64,000 nt of DNA, taken from assembly GCA_045546835.1 (NCBI GenBank), contig JAZQDL010000101.1:3500-67499 (forward strand), read 5' to 3'. The stretch comes from Faecousia sp. Lineage in GTDB: Bacteria; Bacillota; Clostridia; Oscillospirales; Oscillospiraceae. The notes under the pieces are model-generated. The model searched no databases, was not told the DNA's origin, and saw only the letters and a list, made by a program, of their open reading frames with translations. This document shows positions 29,534 to 38,055 of the stretch, one piece after another (the first letter of the stretch is position 1; each line of letters starts with the position of its first letter). A program made the translations under genes and the position numbers.

Positions 29534-30562
29534 TTAGCTTGCATGATTCAGAGCAAAGTCATATATCATATCTGCCATTTCATTAATGGTTGTCGCCTCG
29601 TCATCATATTGCTCTTTTATCTTTAACCAGCCGGAATAACACACTGTATCCATAAAGTAATCATCCTTGGAACAGGCATCCCAAAAGTTTTTAAGGTCAA
29701 AGATTTGGTATGTCTTTTCATCATAGAAAGCAGACGCCTTTTTGACACTATCCACAAAATATCCAATCGGTTGACCAATAAAAGCATCATGACTTTTCAG
29801 GTATTTTTCGCATTCGTTATTGGTGAAGGTTTGATATCCGGTTTCTTTTTCACCGGATTTCTCAAAAGTTGCTGTTCTTAATGCCATCCCACTAAAATAC
29901 ACAGGTACATTCTTTTCTTTTGCACGTCTTTCCAGAACATTAAAATAATGTTGAAGGACAGCCGCCTTTACGCCGTTGTCTTCAAAAAAGCTCTGTTTGA
30001 AGGCTAGATAGAGCAGGAAGTCATTACATTTCAAGTCAGTCTTTATCTTACCAATAGCCTGATTCAGGAACACTTTGCTTGCTGTTTCCAAGTGCATATC
30101 CAATGCCTTAGCGATCTCAGATTTGATATGGTCAATCTGATCATCAAAACAAACACAGAAAGCCTGTGCCTTCTGAGAACTAAGCTCAGCAAAGGGAACT
30201 CTCTTTAGTATCTCCTTACTGATTTCACATACTTCCTTATTCTTACCAGCCTGGAGGTCGCTGTCAGAGTAATTCAAATAGTATGTTTCACCATCTGTGA
30301 CCCGATTCTTGATATGCTTCAACGCACCCTTAAGCCGTTCCTCATCACAGGGCATCCCTAATGTAAAGTCAACATACTTTTTGATCGCCTGGTAATTTCC
30401 AACATGGATTAATCTTAATACATTGAAAGCAATCTCATAATACTTTCTTTCTGTTGGATCTGTTAGTGGTGCTTGATTTGTAAGTGTATTCTGAAGTAAG
30501 TTATTCAATTTATCCAAGAATCCCATAAGTACATCAACCTTTCTTTCTGTCTGTAAAATCAT
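29534..30562 (-). CDS. Hypothetical protein
   Basis: Long ORF; the start may be the later MGFLDKL. Confidence 0.65.
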   Translation of the reverse strand: MILQTERKVDVLMGFLDKLNNLLQNTLTNQAPLTDPTERKYYEIAFNVLRLIHVGNYQAIKKYVDFTLGMPCDEERLKGALKHIKNRVTDGETYYLNYSDSDLQAGKNKEVCEISKEILKRVPFAELSSQKAQAFCVCFDDQIDHIKSEIAKALDMHLETASKVFLNQAIGKIKTDLKCNDFLLYLAFKQSFFEDNGVKAAVLQHYFNVLERRAKEKNVPVYFSGMALRTATFEKSGEKETGYQTFTNNECEKYLKSHDAFIGQPIGYFVDSVKKASAFYDEKTYQIFDLKNFWDACSKDDYFMDTVCYSGWLKIKEQYDDEATTINEMADMIYDFALNHAS

Positions 30563-30695
30563 AGTTTTATTTCTACTAAGAAGATAGATAATTACATTAT
30601 ATTCTTTTAGAACTATCTTGTCAACCTTATCCGACTAATATCATCATTGGTTTTCTGTTAATATATTCTTATAAGACTATGTTAGGAGTGAGACT

Positions 30696-30977
30696 ATGGA
30701 TATCAGTAAGCGTTTGATCACCTTGAGAGAACAGTGTAGCTATACACAAAATGGTTTGGCTGAGAGAGCCGGTGTATCCCAAACCCATCTGCGCCGTGTG
30801 GAACGGGGTGAGGCTGATATTACAGTAGGACATTTACAACTCCTGTGTGATGCTATGAACGTTTCCCTGAAAGAGTTTTTCTCTGTCGAAGAAGCCGATG
30901 ACGAATTGGCTGTTGCGCTCTCCAAGCTCTCCCCCAAACAGAAGAAATTGCTGTTGGCATTTCTTGAAAGCTTATAA
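30696..30977 (+). CDS. XRE-family HTH regulator
   Basis: RLITLRE..YTQNGLAERAGVSQTHLRRVERGE. Confidence 0.85.
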   Translation: MDISKRLITLREQCSYTQNGLAERAGVSQTHLRRVERGEADITVGHLQLLCDAMNVSLKEFFSVEEADDELAVALSKLSPKQKKLLLAFLESL

Positions 30978-31005
30978 CTAACAGAGAGTTATCAGATCAA
31001 TGGCA

Positions 31006-31707
31006 CTATGCTGTTGTCTTTAACTCTCTTTTATATTTGTAATAAGAATTTCTGGATATCTTACAGAGGGTCATAACCTCTGGATCACTGAGTGTGCCCC
31101 CGAAGTCCAGGGCATGCTTTTTTATTATCTCTTTACACTGAACAGATTTGGCTGTTACTAAGGTTGTCCCCTTAGCAAGTCCTATACTCTTACCACTGCG
31201 CTTGCTTTCTCTCATGCCTTGGCTGATCCTGGTATGTAGATCCTGAACCTCTTTTTCAGATTGGGCAAAGGCTGCCTTGATCTGTTCCTCAGCCAGGGAC
31301 ATAAGTAGATTGTTTATCAATGTGATGTTACCCTTAAAGTAATCATCAACCGCTGTGTTGCCTGTCTGCACAGAGATTTCCAACAGATTGTTCTTGGTTG
31401 AGTCAAAAACAGATGTGTTGATCAGTGGCTCATTGATGAACTCCAAGTGAATTCCTGCTTCATATAGTTTCTTATAATCCCTGAACCCCTCTTCTTCATT
31501 TCTGGACATTCTGGACACACTGTCAAAAACAATGGTGTCTCCTGGGACAAGCTGCTTCATAAACTTATCCCAGTGGGGCCGGTTCTGTGTTGTGCCGGTG
31601 TAGAACTCCTTGATGATCACCGCAGTGGGATATAACTCTTTAATGTTAGTAACCTGCCTGGTGATCCTCTGGTGCTTGGTGCTGACACGACAGTATCCAT
31701 AAATCAT
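31006..31707 (-). CDS. Small serine recombinase (resolvase/invertase family)
   Basis: YGYCRVST, DTIVFDSVSRMSRN, C-terminal HTH ISRNSYYKY. Confidence 0.9.
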   Translation of the reverse strand: MIYGYCRVSTKHQRITRQVTNIKELYPTAVIIKEFYTGTTQNRPHWDKFMKQLVPGDTIVFDSVSRMSRNEEEGFRDYKKLYEAGIHLEFINEPLINTSVFDSTKNNLLEISVQTGNTAVDDYFKGNITLINNLLMSLAEEQIKAAFAQSEKEVQDLHTRISQGMRESKRSGKSIGLAKGTTLVTAKSVQCKEIIKKHALDFGGTLSDPEVMTLCKISRNSYYKYKRELKTTA

Positions 31708-31858
31708 AATTGCTTCCCTCCACAGTATTGAAAGTAACTAAACTCAGTTTTGATATTTACATTATGTCGCGTTTGGTTCCATTTGTAAGCGCTTTTACTA
31801 CAAATTTTACGAACTTTCTTTTAATACTTGTTTTACAGACAAAAAACCATTAAAATAA

Positions 31859-32602
31859 ATGTATTACAAACCAAAGAGGTGCCGCGGTATGAAATGGTCA
31901 TTGAAAGAAGATAGCATCGTTTGTAAATTTTATCTTGCTCACATTGATTCTTGGCGTGACTGTCTTGATTCCCTAATGGAGCAGTTAAGGGAGTTGGGCT
32001 TTGGTGCCAGAGATAGAGGTTCCGTTAAAATGCGCATTCAAAACTATGCTTACTTACACACAGGAAGTGGCTTAGCAAATGTGGCTACCCAGTCCAAAAC
32101 TGTTTACAGGGTCTTTACCCAAAGGATAAAATACCCCGCCGTATATAGCAACCTGAAGGTTTACATACAGGATAACTATATGCCACAGAGTTCAAATAGC
32201 CGTAACGATAATATTATCGGCACTCCTCAGAACACCACCAACTTTATCTACACAGAACCACTTGGTCCGACATTCCAGGATGTTCTGTTCGGATTTATTG
32301 ATCAGCGAGGTATGAAGGATTCGGAAGTATATAATGCCTGTCTGGTTGGAAGAGACACCTTCTCTCATATCCGCAAAGGGGATAAGGGCGTTTCCAAAAG
32401 AACGGTCAAACAGCTTTGCTTTGGTTTGAAGCTTACATACGATGAGGCGGTTGTTCTTATGGCAAGCGCCGGTTATGCTTTCAGTAGTGGCAACCTGTCA
32501 GACGTTATTGTTTCTTACTATTTAAAGAATTGCATTTATGATATTGACGATGCAAATATGACCTTATACGATAATAACGCAGAAATGTTATTTATCGCAT
32601 AA
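31859..32602 (+). CDS. Protein with a C-terminal XRE-like HTH (putative regulator)
   Basis: FIDQRGMKDSEVYNACLVGRDTFSHIRKG..LCFGLKL..LMASAGYAF; the start may be ATG 31889. Confidence 0.65.
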   Translation: MYYKPKRCRGMKWSLKEDSIVCKFYLAHIDSWRDCLDSLMEQLRELGFGARDRGSVKMRIQNYAYLHTGSGLANVATQSKTVYRVFTQRIKYPAVYSNLKVYIQDNYMPQSSNSRNDNIIGTPQNTTNFIYTEPLGPTFQDVLFGFIDQRGMKDSEVYNACLVGRDTFSHIRKGDKGVSKRTVKQLCFGLKLTYDEAVVLMASAGYAFSSGNLSDVIVSYYLKNCIYDIDDANMTLYDNNAEMLFIA

Positions 32603-32691
32603 TAGAAAAAGCAAGTGATCAATGATGGTCACTTGCTTTTATTATTTCCACTGTTTCCAAGACCTCCGTGCGGGGTCTTTTTTTATTGTTC

Positions 32692-32839
32692 AAATGTAGA
32701 CGCGCGGTCAACAAAGATAAGGTTAAAAAAATCTATAATGATCATGCACAAGGCAGCTGAAGGGAGGATTAGAAAAAACAAACCACTCAGAAAATGTAGA
32801 CGCTCGGTCAACAGAAATGCCTTTGAAAAATTCTATAAT
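32692..32839 (+). promoter_or_regulatory. Two direct repeats 100 bp apart, each with a palindromic operator-like core and a TATAAT
   Basis: AAATGTAGACGCGCGGTCAACA..CTATAAT (32692-32739) and AAATGTAGACGCTCGGTCAACA..CTATAAT (32792-32839). Confidence 0.65.
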
Positions 32840-33019
32840 ACAGGTGTGCTCGGCAAGAAAGTCAGCAGTTCGACAACCGCATAAAGGAGGCGTATAAATG
32901 AAAAGAATTCCAAAGAAAGCCCAGGCAGATAGATTCCCTTAGTCCTAGATTAAAAACACATCAGAAAGAACATTATTCAACCATCAATACCAATCAACAT
33001 ATTAAACACTATTAAATAT

Positions 33020-33424
33020 ATGGAGGCTACAACTATGAAATATATGAGCTATAATTCCACATCCAATATCTCTGAGTACACCGTAGGTACTGCATATGCA
33101 TTCTATGTCCATAAAAACAGTGTGATCCGGATGGATAAAGCTGATCACGATACCATTAAGAAATATGCTCCGGCCATTGCAGCAGTTGTTAGAGATAATA
33201 ATGAATGCACAGCAACTGACGGTCAGTGGTTAGCATTTATCCGAGTTTTCGGTGTTGTTGTGGACAAGAAGGAAGCAATCAGTGACAACGATATTGACCG
33301 TATTACGGTTATGTTTAAAACCACTGACGACAATTATGTCCTCGATAAATACGCAGTTGGAATCCACGATGTCTTCACAAACGGAAAAGATATTGTTTTA
33401 CCTGCGGCTGTGCTTAGCGTGTAA
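33020..33424 (+). CDS. Hypothetical protein
   Basis: ORF with GGAGG before the internal ATG at 33035. Confidence 0.55.
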   Translation: MEATTMKYMSYNSTSNISEYTVGTAYAFYVHKNSVIRMDKADHDTIKKYAPAIAAVVRDNNECTATDGQWLAFIRVFGVVVDKKEAISDNDIDRITVMFKTTDDNYVLDKYAVGIHDVFTNGKDIVLPAAVLSV

Positions 33425-33764
33425 AAATAAACCTTTATGCCTCTGAAAAAATTTTCAGAAAATGCAAGATCTTGTTATTTTTTCTCGTATAGTACAGCAG
33501 CCCCAATTTTTTGCGGGGCACCCCATACCTTTTTTTAATTTGCGAGGAGGTGATAACCCACTGTTGTAATCCGCTTTTTATAATGTCCGTTGCGAACGTT
33601 GCGTTTGAAAAGCATCTGCACCTTGACAATTGAATATTCCAAATCTAACAAAGTCGCACCACCTACCTTAATTATAATGCTTTGTGTCAATAATCCCTGC
33701 ACATATGCATTATAGTCTTGGCAAAACCAATCCAACAAAAAATAAAAGAAAAGGATAACACAAT

Positions 33765-34115
33765 ATGCAAAATAAAAACAATCATAATGAGATCGATAGA
33801 AACACAAAATTTTGGATTTGGGAAGGATACTATGACCTTTACGAAGAGTATTGTGAGGAGTTTGCTAGAGAGGTTACTCTTGGAGATCTTCGTGAAGACA
33901 AAATTGAAGCAGCAAACTTTTGTCGCGATATTACAATATTTATTGCCCCTAATTTTCGTATAGTCGTATTTGCGAAAAATGCACATGATCTGGACAAATA
34001 TAAAGAGATTATGGGGGCGGACCATATAAAGAAGTTACTTGATGAAAGAACTGAGGATGATACGATCGATGATTTCTATTTCTGGGAGACTTATGATTTC
34101 CCTGCATCAATTTGA
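33765..34115 (+). CDS. Acidic hypothetical protein
   Basis: 116-aa ORF with AAGGA RBS. Confidence 0.55.
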   Translation: MQNKNNHNEIDRNTKFWIWEGYYDLYEEYCEEFAREVTLGDLREDKIEAANFCRDITIFIAPNFRIVVFAKNAHDLDKYKEIMGADHIKKLLDERTEDDTIDDFYFWETYDFPASI

Positions 34116-34150
34116 ATTTGAAAATATTATTATAAAGGAGCGATATAAAT

Positions 34151-34675
34151 ATGGTTAATTGGAATTTCAACCCTAGCGAATATAACGCAAGAAATTTTGA
34201 ACCCATCCCCGAGGGTGATTATCGTGTAAGAATTAACAATGTAAAAGAAAAAGTATTTAGTACTGGCAATGAAGGATTTGAGATCACGCTTGATGTCTCC
34301 GGACAGACCGGAAAACTCTGGTACTATCTGGTGCTTGATCCCAGCGATTCTTTGAAAACGAATCAACGCCTTGGAATGTTCTTCGATTCTTTTGCAATTC
34401 GCGATACCAACCTCTCGCATTGTTCAGATTGGATTGGATGCGATGGCGCTGTCCGCGTGAAGCACAGTATGTATAATGGCACAATTACATCCAGGGTGGT
34501 ATTCTGCCTTAGTCGTAGCCAGCAGAAGAAGTTCCCGGATTTTTGTACTGGTCTTACCGGACAACAAAACAGGAACTCAGATGTTAATACTTCTTCCGGT
34601 AATCAGCAAAATAGATTTTCTGGGTTTAATACATCGCCTATTCACCGAGAAATTCCGGCGGATATGACTTTCTAA
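34151..34675 (+). CDS. DUF669-like phage single-stranded DNA-binding protein
   Basis: FEPIPEGDYRVRI..STGNE..., low-complexity tail ending DMTF; AAGGAG RBS. Confidence 0.7.
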   Translation: MVNWNFNPSEYNARNFEPIPEGDYRVRINNVKEKVFSTGNEGFEITLDVSGQTGKLWYYLVLDPSDSLKTNQRLGMFFDSFAIRDTNLSHCSDWIGCDGAVRVKHSMYNGTITSRVVFCLSRSQQKKFPDFCTGLTGQQNRNSDVNTSSGNQQNRFSGFNTSPIHREIPADMTF

Positions 34676-34786
34676 AAATCAGATTACTTTGTCCTCGTAG
34701 AACAGGATAAGCAGGAGTATAGAATTGATAGTTGGCCGAGTTTTTGGCCAGCGCAATTTAAAGGGAAATATATAAATATAAGGAGT

Positions 34787-35791
34787 TTGATTTTTATGTG
34801 TAATATTGAGTGTGTTGGTAGGGTTCGTATGCAAGCAGTTGAAAACAACAAGAATGAGCCGGCATTCCTTAAAGAGTATCCTTTCGTGGTGCCTAAGGTT
34901 GTTCTGGAGGGTTATGAAGATCCAAATCTCTATGCCGGTGGGACTAACTCTGTCGTGTTGGTAAGAGGGAGAATCGTAACAATATACACCGATGGTTCTT
35001 TTGCAGAGTTTCTAGAAAAGGACGAGGATGGAAATGTTTATTGGGTAGATAGCAGAAAGGGCCATGATGACGATTATGACTACTGGAGTGAGGAGAATTT
35101 CATTGATTTTCGTAAAACTGAGGAGCGTATGCTTATGGAGTATGATATGAATACATTAGAAAAGAAGACATATAAAATGGTTCTTGATGAGACATCAAAG
35201 ATGGACGAAGAGGAAATCTGCAGGATTGAGGATTATTTAGGAGGAAAAATTATTGATAACTGCTTTGTGATCAATAATGGAGTATTAAAGTGTTGTTTTA
35301 GACCGGATGTTAACCTCATAATTCCCGATTCGGTTGTTGAGATGGAAGATGATGCATTCCCTTATGATTGGTATTTCAAAAACATTTCAATTCCCAAATC
35401 ACTTGTCAACATCCCCGAGACATTTTTTGAGAGATGCCGTACGAATTGCATCACCGTTGCAGAGGAGAACCCTAAGTACTATATCAAAAATGGGTGCTTA
35501 ATTGATAGGCAATCTAAAATGTTGGTCTGGACAAGTGAGGGAGCAGTTATTCCGGATGATGGCTCAGTTAACAAAATTGGTCCTAAAGCTTTTTGGAACA
35601 GGTTTGATCTTGAAAGTATTGTAATCCCGGATTCGATTACGGAAATCGCAAATGGAGCGTTTTTGCGTTGCCACTGGTTAAAAGAAATTAGTATGCCGGA
35701 GAGTTTTGAGAACATGGCCGAAGAAATCATTGGCACAGCGCTTATCAAAAATGGGGACAAATGGATTATGAAGACACCTTTTTGCTTTTAA
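34787..35791 (+). CDS. BspA-type leucine-rich-repeat protein
   Basis: IIPDSVVEMEDDAF, ITVAEENPKY, IVIPDSITEIANGAFLRC. Confidence 0.75.
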   Translation: MIFMCNIECVGRVRMQAVENNKNEPAFLKEYPFVVPKVVLEGYEDPNLYAGGTNSVVLVRGRIVTIYTDGSFAEFLEKDEDGNVYWVDSRKGHDDDYDYWSEENFIDFRKTEERMLMEYDMNTLEKKTYKMVLDETSKMDEEEICRIEDYLGGKIIDNCFVINNGVLKCCFRPDVNLIIPDSVVEMEDDAFPYDWYFKNISIPKSLVNIPETFFERCRTNCITVAEENPKYYIKNGCLIDRQSKMLVWTSEGAVIPDDGSVNKIGPKAFWNRFDLESIVIPDSITEIANGAFLRCHWLKEISMPESFENMAEEIIGTALIKNGDKWIMKTPFCF

Positions 35792-35863
35792 TTATCTTGT
35801 GAATTTATTGAGAAAGAGGGTAATTGGGAAAATTATTTAGAAAACCTATGGTTTTAGAAGTGT

Positions 35864-36628
35864 GTGGTAAATCCACATACTGAAATTATACTAAATAAAA
35901 TAAGAAAGGATTTATATATGAATCATAGTCAGAAGGTTGCAATTATTAAGTATTTTTATACAGTAGATCCCAATGATAAGAACTTTGATCTGAGCAATAT
36001 TGATGTGGCAATAAGAAATTCTGATTATTATATACGACCAGGTGAAACTAGACGGCGATTTGCCAACAATCTTGATACTATTCTAAAAACTCTGGGACCA
36101 GATACTCCAAACTATGACGAACATACCTTGGGCGTAAATATAGCATATTTGATTAAGAGATATTTTGACCTGGATTACTTTGTGACAAGACTCCGGCCAG
36201 TAAAAGATTTCTCAGATACCACAAGGCTTAAGAACTATTTGTATAAACTCAGTTATGGTCAGCTCAAGGAATTCATAGCGACGATTTTATATTGTCGTCA
36301 CGCATATGATCTTTTCTTTAACAATGAGAACTCTACCAATATGTGGCAAACACTGAATGCTAAATGTATAGAAAAAGATAGTAGTGTGCCGGGGATTTGG
36401 GAGCCCAGATATCGTGAGTTTACTGCGAAGCATCCGTTATATCAGTTTGAGTATCTAAGTAAGGAAACAGTTGCACAAGTTTTTTGTGAACATATTGACA
36501 AAGATATTAAATTAGCGGAGATGGTTGCAAAAGTTTTTTACAAGTCAGGAACAAAAGCTGCGCAGCAATGGTTGTGTGATGAACTTGCTAGACACTGGGG
36601 TGTAAATTGCAAGTCTATAAAACCATAA
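35864..36628 (+). CDS. Hypothetical protein
   Basis: Long ORF; probable start at ATG 35918 after AAAGGA. Confidence 0.6.
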   Translation: MVNPHTEIILNKIRKDLYMNHSQKVAIIKYFYTVDPNDKNFDLSNIDVAIRNSDYYIRPGETRRRFANNLDTILKTLGPDTPNYDEHTLGVNIAYLIKRYFDLDYFVTRLRPVKDFSDTTRLKNYLYKLSYGQLKEFIATILYCRHAYDLFFNNENSTNMWQTLNAKCIEKDSSVPGIWEPRYREFTAKHPLYQFEYLSKETVAQVFCEHIDKDIKLAEMVAKVFYKSGTKAAQQWLCDELARHWGVNCKSIKP

Positions 36629-36728
36629 GTGTTTGATACATTGAAATTGTCCCAGTTCTATAGTAATTATTCTTACATAAGTTCTAAAGAAATACGGTGA
36701 TAGTATAACGAAAAATAAATTAGATAAG

Positions 36729-37133
36729 ATGTTTGAGAACGACTTCCTTCGTCTCCCTCGTCCGTTTATTAGAATGCTCAACTTGAATACTGCAGTGATG
36801 CTATCAGAAATCTACTCTGAATACACGTACTGGCAAAGCCAAAACAAACTCGAGAAAGGAGGATGGTTCTACAGTACGGTTGAGAATATGTATTGCAATA
36901 CTGGGCTGAGTAAGCACCAACAGTTAAGTGCATGTAAAGAATTAGAGGCCTACGGGATTATCAAAGTCAAATACCAGGGGCTTCCCAAGAAACGGTATTT
37001 CAAATTTGACACAACGATTTTGAATAAGCTATACACTGATTTTCAATCGTACTTATTCCAGTCACGTGGCGACACCAGTCTTGCTGTGGTACAAGAAAAA
37101 GATAACACAGTAAATAACTTCATTCATTTTTAA
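36729..37133 (+). CDS. Winged-helix replication-initiator-like protein, possibly truncated
   Basis: GWFYSTVENM..TGLSKHQQLSACKELEAYGII..QGLPKKRYF resembles phage/ICE Rep N-terminal domains. Confidence 0.6.
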   Translation: MFENDFLRLPRPFIRMLNLNTAVMLSEIYSEYTYWQSQNKLEKGGWFYSTVENMYCNTGLSKHQQLSACKELEAYGIIKVKYQGLPKKRYFKFDTTILNKLYTDFQSYLFQSRGDTSLAVVQEKDNTVNNFIHF

Positions 37134-37721
37134 GTGCTGATATATGTGGTCCAGACACTCATAAGAACTGTTAGCCCGTGCAAAAGCACGGGCTATCTTA
37201 ATATGTGCATCAATTAGAACGATGGATTGAAAACGCCTATTATTGCTTGTGGTGAAGAAAGCATCTGTAAATGGCTTAATTATTGAACAACTTTGGGGCT
37301 ATAATTAGATATAAATAATAATAAGTAATAATATTAAGAATAAGAATTATATAGTAAAAATCTTTTTTCAAAGATTTTTACTATTAACATATGAGATCAA
37401 TAGTTTTATCTTGAGTAAATAAACAAAAATATAATGGTGGTTCAAAAATTGAACAATTGGTAAGGGCGGCTGTGTGCTACCTTGTGGGCTATGTAAAAAA
37501 GACTGCTTGGGAGACAGCAGTCTTTGGTTCTATATGAAGATAGTATTCTGGCAGCTTTTAATTCCATTCATTTATTTTAGCAGATTTATTTAGCAGAAAA
37601 ATCAAAGAATAAAAAATCAAAACAATCAAATTTACTATTCTTTTACTGTATTATATTGCAGTGGCTGATTTTGGTTAAATATTTATAAAAGTGCAAATAC
37701 TGCAGGAAAAGAGGTGAATAC

Positions 37722-37898
37722 ATGAAGAAGGCTTTGTTGGATGATATTCAAGAAGTCCGGTTTGCAGAAGATGTCTGGCTGAATTATTTAAACCGATATC
37801 TGTTTGAACAGGGAACGATTTCTGAGAAAGAATACAAGAAAATGACGGAGAAAATTGCAAATAGAAAAGCAAAGCTTTCTCATGATCGGCGTGTGTGA
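37722..37898 (+). CDS. 58-aa SHOCT-like protein, candidate recombination directionality factor (absent from the ORF track)
   Basis: GAGGTG RBS; MKKALLDDIQEVRFAEDVWLNYLNRYLFEQGTISEKEYKKMTEKIANRKAKLSHDRRV; directly upstream of the recombinase. Confidence 0.65.
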   Translation: MKKALLDDIQEVRFAEDVWLNYLNRYLFEQGTISEKEYKKMTEKIANRKAKLSHDRRV

Positions 37899-38055
37899 GT
37901 TTTCTTGCAGCGGGAGGTATTTGCAGTGCCTCCCGTTTTTTATTTACAGAATTTTCATTTGACAAAGTTCGATTTGGCCGTTGTTTTTGTGAGTCGGATA
38001 CGATATAATTGTAAACGAAGATAATGATACAACGAACTTTAGAAAGGTTAGCACT

